Source: Eledone cirrhosa
Taxonomy: Eukaryota
Assembly: GCA_964016885.1 (NCBI GenBank)
Contig: OZ024741.1
Span: forward strand, 132,742,001-132,806,000
Direction: 5' to 3'
DNA length: 64,000 nt
Position numbers and translations under genes: made by a program. The notes beneath the pieces are model-generated. The model was given only the letters and a program-made list of their open reading frames with translations. It was not told where the DNA came from and did no database searches. Within the stretch, counting starts at the first letter, position 1. Every line of letters begins with the position of its first letter. Shown piece by piece: positions 11,494 to 26,400 of this stretch.

Positions 11494-14400
11494 ATTACAG
11501 CAGCAGTGGATGTGTGGGGCTGGGTGTGAGGTTGTGTGTTACATTACAGCAGTGGATGTGTGTGGCTGGGTGTGAGGTTGTGTTACATTACAGCAGTGGA
11601 TGTGTGTGGCTGGGTGTGAGGTTGTGTTACATTACAGCAGTGGATGTGTGGTTGTGTGTTACTGGGTGTGAGGTTGTGTTACATTACAGCAGTGGATGTG
11701 TGTGGCTGGGTGTGTGGTTGTGTTACATTACAACAGTGGATGTGTGTGGCTAGGTGTGTGGTTGTGTGTTACATTACAGCAGTGGATGTGTGTGGCTGGG
11801 TGTGAGGTTGTGTGTTACATTACAGCAGTGGATGTGTGGTTGTGTGTTACTGGGTGTGAGGTTGTGTTACATTACAGCAGTGGATGTGTGTGGCTGGGTG
11901 TGAGGTTGTGTTACATTACAGCAGTGGATGTGTGTGGCTGGGTGTGAGGTTGTGTTACATTACAGCAGTGGATGTGTGGTTGTGTGTTACTGGGTGTGAG
12001 GTTGTGTTACATTACAGCAGTGGATGTGTGTGGCTGGGTGTGTGGTTGTGTTACATTACAACAGTGGATGTGTTTGGCTAGGTGTGTGGTTGTGTGTTAC
12101 ATTACAGCAGTGGATGTGTGTGGCTGGGTGTGAGGTTGTGTGTTACATTACAGCAGTGGATGTGTGTGGCTGGGTGTGAGGTTGTGTGTTACATTACAGC
12201 AGTGGATGTGTGTGGCTGGGTGTGAGGTTGTGTGTTACATTACAGCAGTGGCTGGGTGTGTGGTTGTGTTACATTACAGCAGTGGATGTGTGTGGCTGGG
12301 TGTGTGGTTGTGTGTTACATTACAGCAGTGGATGTGTGTGGTTGTGTTACATTACAGCAGTGGATGTGTGTGGCTGGGTGTGTGGTTGAGTGTGACATTA
12401 CAGCAGTGGATGTGTGTGGCTAGGTGTGTGGTTGTGTTACATTACAACAGTGGATGTGTGTGGCTGTGTGTGTGGTTGTGTGTTACATTACAGCAGTGGA
12501 TGTGTGTGGCTGGATGTGTAGTTGTGTTACATTACAGCAGTGGATGTGTGTGGCTGGGTGCGTGGTTGTGTGTTACATTACAGCAGTGGATGTGTGTGGC
12601 TGGGTGTGAGGTTGTGTTACATTACAACAGTGGATGTGTGTGGCTGGGTGCGTGGTTGTGTGTTACATTACAGCAGTGGATGTGTGTGGCTGGATGTGTG
12701 GTTGTGTTACATTACAACAGTGGATGTGTGTGGCTGGGTGCGTGGTTGTGTGTTACATTACAGCAGTGGATGTGTGGCTGGGTGTGTGGTTGTGTTACAT
12801 TACAACAGTGGATGTGTGTGGCTGGGTGCGTGGTTGTGTGTTACATTACAGCAGTGGATGTTTGTGGCTGGGTGTGAGGTTGTGTTACATTACAGCAGTG
12901 GATGTGTGTGGCTGGGTGTGTGGTTGTGTGTTACATTACAGCAGTGGATGTGTGTGGCTGGGTGTGAGCTTGTGTGTTACATTACAGCAGTGGATGTGTG
13001 TGGCTGGGTGTGTGGTTGTGTGTTACATTACAGCAGTGGATGTGTGTGGCTGGGTGTGTGGTTGTGTTACATTACAGCAGTGGATGTGTGTGGCTGGGTG
13101 TGTGGTTGTGTTACATTACAACAGTGGATGTGTGTGGCTGGGTGTGAGGTTGTGTGTTACATTACAGCAGTGGATGTGTGTGGCTGGGTGTGAGGTTGTG
13201 TGTTACATTACAGCAGTGGATGTGTGTGGCTGGGTGTGTGGTTGTGTTACATTACAGCAGTGGATGTGTGTGGCTGGGTGTGTGGTTGTGTTACATTACA
13301 ACAGTGGATGTGTGTGGCTGGGTGTGTGGTTGTGTGTGACATTACAGCAGTGGATGTGTGTGGCTGGGTGTGTGGTTGTGTGTTACATTACAGCAGTGGA
13401 TGTGTGTGGCTGGGTGTGTGGTTGTGTTACATTACAGCAGTGGATGTGTGTGGCTGGGTGTGTGGTTTTGTGTGACATTACAGCAGTGGATGTGTGTGGC
13501 TGGGTGTGTGGTTGTGTGTTACATTACAGCAGTGGATGTGTGTGGCTGGGTGTGAGCTTGTGTGTTACATTACAGCAGTGGATGTGTGTGGCTGGGTGTG
13601 TGGTTGTGTGTTACATTACAGCAGTGGATGTGTGTGGCTGGGTGTGTGGTTGTGTTACATTACAGCAGTGGATGTGTGTGGCTGGGTGTGTGGTTGTGTT
13701 ACATTACAACAGTGGATGTGTGTGGCTGGGTGTGAAGTTGTGTGTTACATTACAGCAGTGGATGTGTGTGGCTGGGTGTGAGGTTGTGTGTTACATTACA
13801 GCAGTGGATGTGTGTGGCTGGGTGTGTGGTTGTGTTACATTACAGCAGTGGATGTGTGTGGCTGGGTGTGTGGTTGTGTTACATTACAACAGTGGATGTG
13901 TGTGGCTGGGTGTGTGGTTGTGTGTGACATTACAGCAGTGGATGTGTGTGGCTGGGTGTGTGGTTGTGTGTTACATTACAGCAGTGGATGTGTGTGGCTG
14001 GGTGTGTGGTTGTGTTACATTACAGCAGTGGATGTGTGTGGCTGGGTGTGTGGTTTTGTGTGACATTACAGCAGTGGATGTGTGTGGCTGGGTGTGTGGT
14101 TGTGTTACATTACAGCAGTGGATGTGTGTGGCTGGGTGTGTGGGACATTACAACAGTGGTTGTGTGTGGCTGGGTGTGTGGTTGTGTTACATTACAGCAG
14201 TGGATGTGTGTGGCTGGGTGTGTGGTTGTGTGTTACATTACAGCAGTGGATGTGTGTGGCTGGGTGTGTGGTTGTGTGTTACATTACAGCAGTGGATGTG
14301 TGTGGCTGGGTGTGTGGTTGTGTTACATTACAGCAGTGGATGTGTGTGGCTGGGTGTGTGGTTGTGTTACATTACAGCAGTGGATGTGTGTGGCTGGGTG

Positions 14401-17400
14401 TGAGGTTGTGTGTTACATTACAGCAGTGGATGTGTGTGGCTGGGTGTGTGGTTGTGTGTGACATTACAACAGTGGTTGTGTGTGGCTGGGTGTGTGGTTG
14501 TGTGTTACATTACAGCAGTGGATGTGTGTGGCTTGGTGTGTGGTTGTGTGTGACATTACAACAGTGGATGTGTGTGGCTGGGTGTGTGGTTGTGTTACAT
14601 TACAGTAGTGGATGTGTGTGGCTGGGTGTGTGGTTGTGTGTTACATTACAGCAGTGGATGTGTGTGGCTTGGTGTGTGGTTGTGTGTGACATTACAACAG
14701 TGGATGTGTGTGGCTGGGTGTGTGGTTGTGTTACATTACAGCAGTGGATGTGTGTGGCTGGGTGTGTGGTTGTGTTACATTACAGCAGTGGATGTGTGAC
14801 TGGGTGTGTGGTGTCTGTTACATTACAGCAGTGGATGTGTGTGGCTGGGTGTGTGGTTGTGTTATATTACAGCAGTGGATGTGTGTGGCTGGGTGTGTGG
14901 TTGTGTTACATTACAGCAGTGGATGTGTGTGGCTGGGTGTTTGGTTGTGTTACTTTACAGCAGTGGAAGTGTGTGGCTGGGTGTGTGGTTGTGTTACATT
15001 ACAGCAGTGGATGTGTGTGGCTGGGTGTGTGGTTGTGTGTTACATTACAGCAGTGGATGTGTGTGGCTGGGTGTGTGGTTGTGTTACATTACAGCAGTTG
15101 ATGTGTGGCTGGGTGTGTGGTTGTGTGTTACATTACAGCAGTTGATGTGTGGCTGGGTGTGTGGTTGTGTTACATTACAACAGTGGATGTGTGTGGCTGG
15201 GTGTTTGGTTGTGTTACTTTACAGCAGTGGATGTGTGTGGCTGGGTGTGTGGTTGTGTTACATTACAGCAGTGGATGTGTGTGGCTGGGTGTGTGGTTGT
15301 GTGTTACATTACAGCAGTTGATGTGTGGCTGGGTGTGTGGTTGTGTTACATTACAACAGTGGATGTGTGTGGCTGGGTGTTTGGTTGTGTTACTTTACAG
15401 CAGTGGATGTGTGTGGCTGGGTGTGTGGTTGTGTTACATTACAGCAGTGGATGTGTGTGGCTGGGTGTGTTTTTGTGTGTTACATTACAGCAGTGGATGT
15501 GTGTGGCTGGGTGTGTGGTTGTGTGTTACATCACAGCAGTGGATGTGTGTGGCTTGGTGTGAGGTTGTGTGTTACATTACAGCAGTGGATGTGTGTGGCT
15601 GGGTGTGAGGTTGTGTTACATTACAACAGTGGATGTGTGTGGCTGGGTGTGTGGTTGTGTTACATTACAGCAGTGGATGTGTGTGGCTGGGTGTGTGGTT
15701 GTGTTACATTACAGCAGTGGATGTGTGTGGTTGTGTTACATTACAGCAGTGGATGTGTGTGGCTGGGTGTGTGGTTGTGTTACATTACAGCAGTGGATGT
15801 GTGTGGCTGGGTGTGTGGTTGTGTTACATTACAGCAGTGGATGTGTGTGGCTTGGTGTGAGGTTGTGTGTTACATTACAGCAGTGGATGTGTGTGGCTGG
15901 GTGTGTGGTTGTGTGTTACATTACAGCAGTGGATGTGTGTGGCTGGGTGTGAGGTTGTGTTACATTACAACAGTGGATGTGTGTGGTTGGGTGTGTGGTT
16001 GTGTTACATTACAGCAGTGGATGTGTGTGGCTGGGTGTGTGGTTGTGTTACATTACAGCAGTGGATGTGTGTGGCTGGGTGTGTGGTTGTGTTACATTAC
16101 AGCAGTGGATGTGTGTGGCTGGGTGTGTGGTTGTGTTACATTACAGCAGTGGATGTGTGTGGCTGGGTGTGTGGTTGTGTTACATTACAGCAGTGGATGT
16201 GTGTGGCTGGGTGCGTGGTTGTGTTACATTACAGCAGTGGATGTGTGTGGCTTGGTGTGAGGTTGTGTGTTACATTACAGCAGTGGATGTGTGTGGCTGG
16301 GTGTGTGGTTGTGTGTTACATTACAGCAGTGGATGTGTGTGGCTGGGTGTGAGGTTGTGTTACATTACAACAGTGGATGTGTGTGGCTTGGTGTGAGGTT
16401 GTGTGTTACATTACAGCAGTGGATGTGTGTGGCTGGGTGTGTGGTTGTGTTACATTACAGCAGTGGATGTGTGTGGCTGGGTGTGTGGTTGTGTTACATT
16501 ACAGCAGTGGATGTGTGTGGCTGGGTGTGTGGTTGTGTTACATTACAGCAGTGGATGTGTGTGGCTTGGTGTGAGGTTGTGTGTTACATTACAGCAGTGG
16601 ATGTGTGTGGCTGGGTGTGTGGTTGTGTGTTACATTACAGCAGTGGATGTGTGTGGCTGGGTGTGAGGTTGTGTTACATTACAACAGTGGATGTGTGTGG
16701 CTGGGTGTGTGGTTGTGTTACATTACAGCAGTGGATGTGTGTGGCTGGGTGTGTGGCTGGGTGTGTGGTTGTGTTACATTACAGCAGTGGATGTGTGTGG
16801 CTGGGTGTGTGGTTGTGTTACATTACAGCAGTGGATGTGTGTGGCTGGGTGTGTGGTTGTGTTACATTACAGCAGTGGATGTGTGTGGCTGGGTGTGTGG
16901 TTGTGTTACATTACAGCAGTGGATGTGTGTGGTTGTGTTACATTACAGCAGTGGATGTGTGTGGCTGGGTGTGTGGTTGTGTTACATTACAGCAGTGGAT
17001 GTGTGTGGCTGGGTGTGTGGTTGTGTTACATTACAGCAGTGGATGTGTGTGGCTTGGTGTGAGGTTGTGTGTTACATTACAGCAGTGGATGTGTGTGGCT
17101 GGGTGTGTGGTTGTGTTACATTACAGCAGTGGATGTGTGTGGCTGGGTGTGTGGTTGTGTGTTACATTACAGCAGTGGATGTGTGTGGCTGGGTGTGTGG
17201 TTGTGTTACATTACAGCAGTGGATGTGTGTGGCTGGGTGTGTGGTTGTGTTACATTACAGCAGTGGATGTGTGTGGCTGGGTGTGTGGTTGTGTGTTACA
17301 TTACAGCAGTAGATGTGTGTGGCTGGGTGTGTGGTTGTGTGTTACATTACAGCAGTAGATGTGTGTGGCTGGGTGTGTGGTTGTGTGTTACATTACAGCA

Positions 17401-20400
17401 GTGGATGTGTGTGGTTGTGTTACATTACAGCAGTGGATGTGTGTGGCTGGGTGTGTGGTTGTGTTACATTACAGCAGTGGATGTGTGTGGCTTGGTGTGA
17501 GGTTGTGTGTTACATTACAGCAGTGGATGTGTGTGGCTGGGTGTGTGGTTGTGTTACATTACAGCAGTGGATGTGTGTGGCTGGGTGTGTGGTTGTGTTA
17601 CATTACAGCAGTGGATGTGTGTGGCTGGGTGTGTGGTTGTGTTACATTACAGCAGTGGATGTGTGTGGCTGGGTGTGTGGTTGTGTTACATTACAGCAGT
17701 GGATGTGTGTGGCTGGGTGTGTGGTTGTGTGTTACATTACAGCAGTAGATGTGTGTGGCTGGGTGTGTGGTTGTGTGTTACATTACAGCAGTGGATGTGT
17801 GTGGTTGTGTTACATTACAGCAGTGGATGTGTGTGGCTGGGTGTGTGGTTGTGTTACATTACAGCAGTGGATGTGTGTGGCTTGGTGTGAGGTTGTGTGT
17901 TACATTACAGCAGTGGATGTGTGTGGCTGGGTGTGTGGTTGTGTTACATTACAGCAGTGGATGTGTGTGGCTGGGTGTGTGGTTGTGTGTTACATTACAG
18001 CAGTAGATGTGTGTGGCTGGGTGTGTGGTTGTGTGTTACATTACAGCAGTAGATGTGTGTGGCTGGGTGTGTGGTTGTGTGTTACATTACAGCAGTGGAT
18101 GTGTGTGGTTGTGTTACATTACAGCAGTGGATGTGTGTGGCTGGGTGTGTGGTTGTGTTACATTACAGCAGTGGATGTGTGTGGCTTGGTGTGAGGTTGT
18201 GTGTTACATTACAGCAGTGGATGTGTGTGGCTGGGTGTGTGGTTGTGTTACATTACAGCAGTGGATGTGTGTGGCTGGGTGTGTGGTTGTGTTACATTAC
18301 AGCAGTGGATGTGTGTGGCTTGGTGTGAGGTTGTGTGTTACATTACAGCAGTGAATGTGTGTGGCTGGGTGTGTGGTTGTGTTACATTACAACAGTGGAT
18401 GTGTGTGGCTGGGTGTTTGGTTGTGTTACTTTACAGCAGTGGATGTGTGTGGCTGGGTGTGTGGTTGTGTTACATTACAACAGTGGATGTGTGTGGCCGG
18501 GTGTGTGGTTGTGTTACTTTACAGCAGTGGATGTGTGTGGCTGGGTGTGTGGTTGTGTTACATTACAGTAGTGGATGTGTGTGGCTGGGTGTGTTTTTGT
18601 GTGTTACATTACAGCAGAGGATGTGTGTGGCTTGGTGTGTGGTTGTGTGACATTACAACAGTGGATGTGTGTGGCTGGGTGTGTGGTTGTGTTACATTAC
18701 AGCAGTGGATATGTGTGGCTGGGTGTGTGGTTGTGTTACATTACAGCAGTGGATGTGTGGCTGGGTGTGTGGTCTCTGTTACATTACAGCAGTGGATGTG
18801 TGTGGCTGGGTGTGTGGTTGTGTTACATTACAGCAGTGGATGTGTGTGGCTGGGTGTGTGGTTGTGTTACATTACAGCAGTGGATGTGTGTGGCTGGGTG
18901 TGTGGTTGTCTGTTACATTACAGCAGTGGATGTGTGTGGCTTGGTGTGAGGTTGTGTGTTACATTACAGCAGTGGATGTGTGTGGCTGGGTGTGAGGTTG
19001 TGTGTTACATTACAGCAGTGGCTGGGTGTGTGGTTGTGTTACATTACAGCAGTGGATGTGTGTGGCTGGGTGTGTGGTTGTGTGTTACATTACAGCAGTG
19101 GATGTGTGTGGTTGTGTTACATTACAGCAGTGGATGTGTGTGGCTGGGTGTGTGGTTGAGTGTGATATTACAGCAGTGGATGTGTGTGGCTAGGTGTGTG
19201 GTTGTGTTACATTACAACAGTGGATGTGTGGCAGGGTGTGTGGTCTCTGTTGCATTACAGCAGTGGATGTGTGTGGCTGGGTGTGTGGTTGTGTTACATT
19301 ACAACAGTGGATGTGTGTGACTGGGTGTGTGGTTGTGTTACATTACAGCAGTGGATGTGTGTGACTGGGTGTGTGGTTGTGTGTTACATTACAGCAGTGG
19401 ATGTGTGTGGCTTGGTGTGAGGTTGTGTGTTACATTACAGCAGTGGATGTGTGTGGCTGGGTGTGAGGTTGTGTGTTACATTACAGCAGTGGCTGGGTGT
19501 GTGGTTGTGTTACATTACAGCAGTGGATGTGTGTGGCTGGGTGTGTGGTTGTGTGTTACATTACAGCAGTGGATGTGTGTGGCTGGGTGTGTGGTTGTGT
19601 TACATTACAGCAGTTGATGTGTGGCTGGGTGTGGTTGTGTTACATTACAGCAGTGGATGTGTGTGGCTGGGTGTGTGGTTGAGTGTGACATTACAGCAGT
19701 GGATGTGTGTGGCTAGGTGTGTGGTTGTGTTACATTACAACAGTGGATGTGTGTGGCTGTGTGTGTGGTTGTGTGTTACATTACAGCAGTGGATGTGTGT
19801 GGCTGGATGTGTGGTTGTGTTACATTACAACAGTGGATGTGTGTGGCTGGGTGCGTGGTTGTGTGTTACATTACAACAGTGGATGTGTGTGGCTGGGTGC
19901 GTGGTTGTGTGTTACATTACAGCAGTGGATGTGTGTGGCTGGGTGTGAGGTTGTGTGTTACATTACAACAGTGGATGTGTGTGGCTGGGTGTGAGGTTGT
20001 GTGTTACATTACAGCAGTGGATGTGTGTGGCTGGGTGTGAGGTTGTGTTACATTACAACAGTGGATGTGTGTGGCTGGGTGTGTGGTTGTGTTACATTAC
20101 AACAGTGGATGTGTGTGGCTGGGTGTGAGGTTGTGTGTTACATTACAGCAGTGGATGTGTGTGGCTGGGTGTGAGGTTGTGTTACATTACAACAGTGAAT
20201 GTGTGTGGCTGGGTGCGTGGTTGTGTGTTACATTACAGCAGTGGATGTGTGTGGCTGGGTGCGTGGTTGTGTGTTACATTACAGCGGTGGATGTTTGTGG
20301 CTGGGTGTGAGGTTGTGTGTTCCATTACAGCAGTGGTTGTGTGTGGCTGGGTGTGTGGTTGTGTGTTACATTACAGCAGTGGATGTGAGTGGTTGGGTGT

Positions 20401-23400
20401 GAGGTTGTGTGTTACATTACAGCAGTGGATGTGTGTGGCTGGGTGTGAGGTTGTGTGTTACATTACAGCAGTGGATGTGTGTGGCTGGGTGTGTGGTTGT
20501 GTTACATTACAACAGTGGATGTGTGTGGCTGGGTGTGAGGTTGTGTGTTACATTACAGCAGTGGATGTGTGTGGCTGGGTGTGAGGTTGTGTGTTACATT
20601 ACAGCAGTGGATGTGTGTGGCTGGGTGTGTGGTTGTGTGTGACATTACAACAGTGGTTGTGTGTGGCTGGGTGTGTGGTTGTGTTACATTACAGCAGTGG
20701 ATGTGTGTGGCTGGGTGTGTGGTTGTGTTACATTACAGCAGTGGATGTGTGTGGCTGGGTGTGTGGTTGTGTTACATTACAGCAGTGGATGTGTGTGGCT
20801 GGGTGTGTGGTTGTGTTACATTACAGCAGTGGATGTGTGTGGCTGGGTGTGTGGTTGTGTGTTACATTACAGCAGTAGATGTGTGTGGCTGGGTGTGTGG
20901 TTGTGTGTTACATTACAGCAGTGGATGTGTGTGGTTGTGTTACATTACAGCAGTGGATGTGTGTGGCTGGGTGTGTGGTTGTGTTACATTACAGCAGTGG
21001 ATGTGTGTGGCTTGGTGTGAGGTTGTGTGTTACATTACAGCAGTGGATGTGTGTGGCTGGGTGTGTGGTTGTGTTACATTACAGCAGTGGATGTGTGTGG
21101 CTGGGTGTGTGGTTGTGTGTTACATTACAGCAGTAGATGTGTGTGGCTGGGTGTGTGGTTGTGTGTTACATTACAGCAGTAGATGTGTGTGGCTGGGTGT
21201 GTGGTTGTGTGTTACATTACAGCAGTGGATGTGTGTGGTTGTGTTACATTACAGCAGTGGATGTGTGTGGCTGGGTGTGTGGTTGTGTTACATTACAGCA
21301 GTGGATGTGTGTGGCTTGGTGTGAGGTTGTGTGTTACATTACAGCAGTGGATGTGTGTGGCTGGGTGTGTGGTTGTGTTACATTACAGCAGTGGATGTGT
21401 GTGGCTGGGTGTGTGGTTGTGTTACATTACAGCAGTGGATGTGTGTGGCTTGGTGTGAGGTTGTGTGTTACATTACAGCAGTGGATGTGTGTGGCTGGGT
21501 GTGTGGTTGTGTTACATTACAACAGTGGATGTGTGTGGCTGGGTGTTTGGTTGTGTTACTTTACAGCAGTGGATGTGTGTGGCTGGGTGTGTGGTTGTGT
21601 TACATTACAACAGTGGATGTGTGTGGCCGGGTGTGTGGTTGTGTTACTTTACAGCAGTGGATGTGTGTGGCTGGGTGTGTGGTTGTGTTACATTACAGTA
21701 GTGGATGTGTGTGGCTGGGTGTGTTTTTGTGTGTTACATTACAGCAGTGGATGTGTGTGGCTTGGTGTGTGGTTGTGTGACATTACAACAGTGGATGTGT
21801 GTGGCTGGGTGTGTGGTTGTGTTACATTACAGCAGTGGATATGTGTGGCTGGGTGTGTGGTTGTGTTACATTACAGCAGTGGATGTGTGGCTGGGTGTGT
21901 GGTCTCTGTTACATTACAGCAGTGGATGTGTGTGGCTGGGTGTGTGGTTGTGTTACATTACAGCAGTGGATGTGTGTGGCTGGGTGTGTGGTTGTGTTAC
22001 ATTACAGCAGTGGATGTGTGTGGCTGGGTGTGTGGTTGTCTGTTACATTACAGCAGTGGATGTGTGTGGCTTGGTGTGAGGTTGTGTGTTACATTACAGC
22101 AGTGGATGTGTGTGGCTGGGTGTGAGGTTGTGTGTTACATTACAGCAGTGGCTGGGTGTGTGGTTGTGTTACATTACAGCAGTGGATGTGTGCGGCTGGG
22201 CGTGTGGTTGTGTGTTACATTACAGCAGTGGATGTGTGTGGTTGTGTTACATTACAGCAGTGGATGTGTGTGGCTGGGTGTGTGGTTGAGTGTGATATTA
22301 CAGCAGTGGATGTGTGGCAGGGTGTGTGGTCTCTGTTGCATTACAGCAGTGGATGTGTGTGGCTGGGTGTGTGGTTGTGTTACATTACAACAGTGGATGT
22401 GTGTGACTGGGTGTGTGGTTGTGTTACATTACAGCAGTGGATGTGTGTGACTGGGTGTGTGGTTGTGTGTTACATTACAGCAGTGGATGTGTGTGGCTTG
22501 GTGTGAGGTTGTGTGTTACATTACAGCAGTGGATGTGTGTGGCTGGGTGTGAGGTTGTGTGTTACATTACAGCAGTGGCTGGGTGTGTGGTTGTGTTACA
22601 TTACAGCAGTGGATGTGTGTGGCTGGGTGTGTGGTTGTGTGTGGTTGTGTTACATTACAGCAGTGGATGTGTGTGGCTGGGTGTGTGGTTGAGTGTGACA
22701 TTACAGCAGTGGATATGTGTGGCTAGGTGTGTGGTTGTGTTACATTACAACAGTGGATGTGTGTGGCTGTGTGTGTGGTTGTGTGTTACATTACAGCAGT
22801 GGATGTGTGTGGCTGGATGTGTGGTTGTGTTACATTACAACAGTGGATGTGTGTGGCTGGGTGCGTGGTTGTGTGTTACATTACAACAGTGGATGTGTGT
22901 GGCTGGGTGCGTGGTTGTGTGTTACATTACAGCAGTGGATGTGTGTGGCTGGGTGTGAGGTTGTGTGTTACATTACAACAGTGGATGTGTGTGGCTGGGT
23001 GTGAGGTTGTGTGTTACATTACAGCAGTGGATGTGTGTGGCTGGGTGTGAGGTTGTGTTACATTACAACAGTGGATGTGTGTGGCTGGGTGTGTGGTTGT
23101 GTTACATTACAACAGTGGATGTGTGTGGCTGGGTGTGAGGTTGTGTGTTACATTACAGCAGTGGATGTGTGTGGCTGGGTGTGAGGTTGTGTTACATTAC
23201 AACAGTGAATGTGTGTGGCTGGGTGCGTGGTTGTGTGTTACATTACAGCAGTGGATGTGTGTGGCTGGGTGCGTGGTTGTGTGTTACATTACAGCAGTGG
23301 ATGTTTGTGGCTGGGTGTGAGGTTGTGTGTTCCATTACAGCAGTGGTTGTGTGTGGCTGGGTGTGTGGTTGTGTGTTACATTACAGCAGTGGATGTGAGT

Positions 23401-26400
23401 GGCTGGGTGTGTGGTTGTGTGTTACATTACAGCAGTGGATGTGTGTGGCTGGGTGTGAGGTTGTGTGTTACATTACAGCAGTGGATGTGTGTGGCTGGGT
23501 GTGAGGTTGTGTGTTACATTACAGCAGTGGATGTGTGTGGCTGGGTGTGTGGTTGTGTTACATTACAACAGTGGATGTGTGTGGCTGGGTGTGAGGTTGT
23601 GTGTTACATTACAGCAGTGGATGTGTGTGGCTGGGTGTGAGGTTGTGTGTTACATTACAGCAGTGGATGTGTGTGGCTGGGTGTGTGGTTGTGTGTGACA
23701 TTACAACAGTGGTTGTGTGTGGCTGGGTGTGTGGTTGTGTTACATTACAGCAGTGGATGTGTGTGGCTGGGTGTGTGGTTGTGTGTTACATTACAGCAGT
23801 GGATGTGTGTGGCTTGGTGTGTGGTTGTGTGTGACATTACAACAGTGGATGTGTGTGGCTGGGTGTGTGGTTGTGTTACATTACAGCAGTGGATGTGTGT
23901 GGCTGGGTGTGTGGTTATGTTACATTACAGCAGTGGATGTGTGGCTGGGTGTGTGGTGTCTGTTACATTACAGCAGTGGATGTGTGTGGCTGGGTGTGTG
24001 GTTGTGTTACATTACAGCAGTGGATGTGTGTGGCTGGGTGTGTGGTTGTGTTACATTACAGCAGTGGATGTGTGTGGCTGGATGTGTGGTTGTGTTACAT
24101 TACAGCAGTGGATGTGTGGCTGGGTGTGTGGTGTCTGTTACATTACAGCAGTGGATGTGTGTGGCTGGGTGTGTGGTTGTGTGTTACATTACAGCAGTGG
24201 ATGTGTGTGGCTTGGTGTGTGGTTGTGTTACATTACAGCAGTGGATGTGTGTGGCTGGGTGCTTGGTTGTGTGTTACATTACAGCAGTGGATGTGTGTGG
24301 CTTGGTGTGTGGTTGTGTTACATTACAGCAGTGGATGTGTGTGGCTGGGTGTGAGGTTGTGTGTTACATTACAGCAGTGGATGTGTGTGGCTGGGTGTGT
24401 GGTTGTGTTACATTACAGCAGTGGATGTGTGTGGCTGGGTGTGTGGTTGTGTGTTACATTACAGCAGTGGATGTGTGTGGTTGTGTTACATTACAGCAGT
24501 GGATGTGTGTGGCTGGGTGTGTGGTTGTGTGTTACATTACAGCAGTGTATGTGTGTGGTTGTGTTACATTACAGCAGTGGATGTGTGTGGCTGGGTGTGT
24601 GGTTGTGTTACATTACAGCAGTGGATGTGTGTGGCTGGGTGTGTGGTTGTGTTACATTACAGCAGTGGATGTGTGTGGCTTGGTGTGAGGTTGTGTGTTA
24701 CATTACAGCAGTGGATGTGTGTGGCTGGGTGTGTGGTTGTGTTACATTACAGCAGTGGATGTGTGTGGCTGGGTGTGTGGTTGTGTGTTACATTACAGCA
24801 GTGGATGTGTGTGGCTTGGTGTGAGGTTGTGTGTTACATTACAGCAGTGGATGTGTGTGGCTGGGTGTGTGGTTGTGTGTTACATTACAGCAGTGGATGT
24901 GTGTGGCTGGGTGTGAGGTTGTGTTACATTACAGCAGTGGATGTGTGTAGCTGGGTGTGTGGTTGTGTTACATTACAGCAGTGGATGTGTGTGGCTGGGT
25001 GTGTGGTTGTGTTACATTACAACAGTGGATGTGTGTGGCTGGGTGTGTGGTTGTGTTACATTACAGCAGTGGATGTGTGTGGCTGGGTGTGTGATTGTGT
25101 GTTACATTACAACAGTGGATGTGTGGCTGGGTGCGTGGTTGTGTGTTACATTACAACAGTGGATGTGTGTGGCTGGGTGTGTGGTTGTGTGTTACATTAC
25201 AACAGTGGATGTGTGTGGCTGGGTGTGTGGTTGTGTGTTACATTACAGCAATGGACGTGTGTGGCTGGGTGTGTGGTTGTGTTATATTACAACAGTGGAT
25301 GTGTGTGGCTTGGTGTGTGGTTGTGTGTTACATTACAACAGTGGATGTGTGTGGCTGGGTGTGTGATTGTGTGTTACATTACAACAGTGGATGTGTGTGG
25401 CTGGGTGCGAGGTTGTGTGTTCCATTACAGCAGTGGATGTGAGTGGCTGGGTGTGTGGTTGTGTGTTACATTACAGCAGTGGATGTGTGTGGCTGGGTGT
25501 GTGGTTGTGTTATATTACAACAGTGGATGTGTGTGGCTTGGTGTGTGGTTGTGTGTTACATTACAGCAGTGGATGTGTGTGGTGTTACATTACAACAGTG
25601 GATGTGTGTGGCTGGGTGTGTGGTTGTGTGTTACATTACAGCAGTGGATGTGTGTGGCTGGGTGTGTGGTTGTGTGTTACATTACAGCAGTGGATGTGTC
25701 TGGTGTTACATTACAACAGTGGATGTGTGTGGCTGGGTGTGTGGTTGTGTTACATTACAGCAGTGGATGTGTGTGGCTGGGTGTGTGGTTGTGTGTTACA
25801 TTACAGCAGTGGATGTGTGTGGCTTGTTGTGTGGTTGTGTGTGACATTACAACAGTGGATGTGTGTGGCTGGGTGTGTGGTTGTGTTACATTACAGCAGT
25901 GGATGTGTGTGGCTGGGTGTGTGGTTGTGTTACATTACAGCAGTGGATGTGTGACTGGGTGTGTGGTGTCTGTTACATTACAGCAGTGGATGTGTGTGGC
26001 TGGGTGTGTGGTTGTGTTATATTACAGCAGTGGATGTGTGTGGCTGGGTGTGTGGTTGTGTTACATTACAGCAGTGGATGTGTGTGGCTGGGTGTTTGGT
26101 TGTGTTACTTTACAGCAGTGGAAGTGTGTGGCTGGGTGTGTGGTTGTGTTACATTACAGCAGTGGATGTGTGTGGCTGGGTGTGTGGTTGTGTGTTACAT
26201 TACAGCAGTGGATGTGTGTGGCTGGGTGTGTGGTTGTGTTACATTACAGCAGTTGATGTGTGGCTGGGTGTGTGGTTGTGTGTTACATTACAGCAGTTGA
26301 TGTGTGGCTGGGTGTGTGGTTGTGTTACATTACAACAGTGGATGTGTGTGGCTGGGTGTTTGGTTGTGTTACTTTACAGCAGTGGATGTGTGTGGCTGGG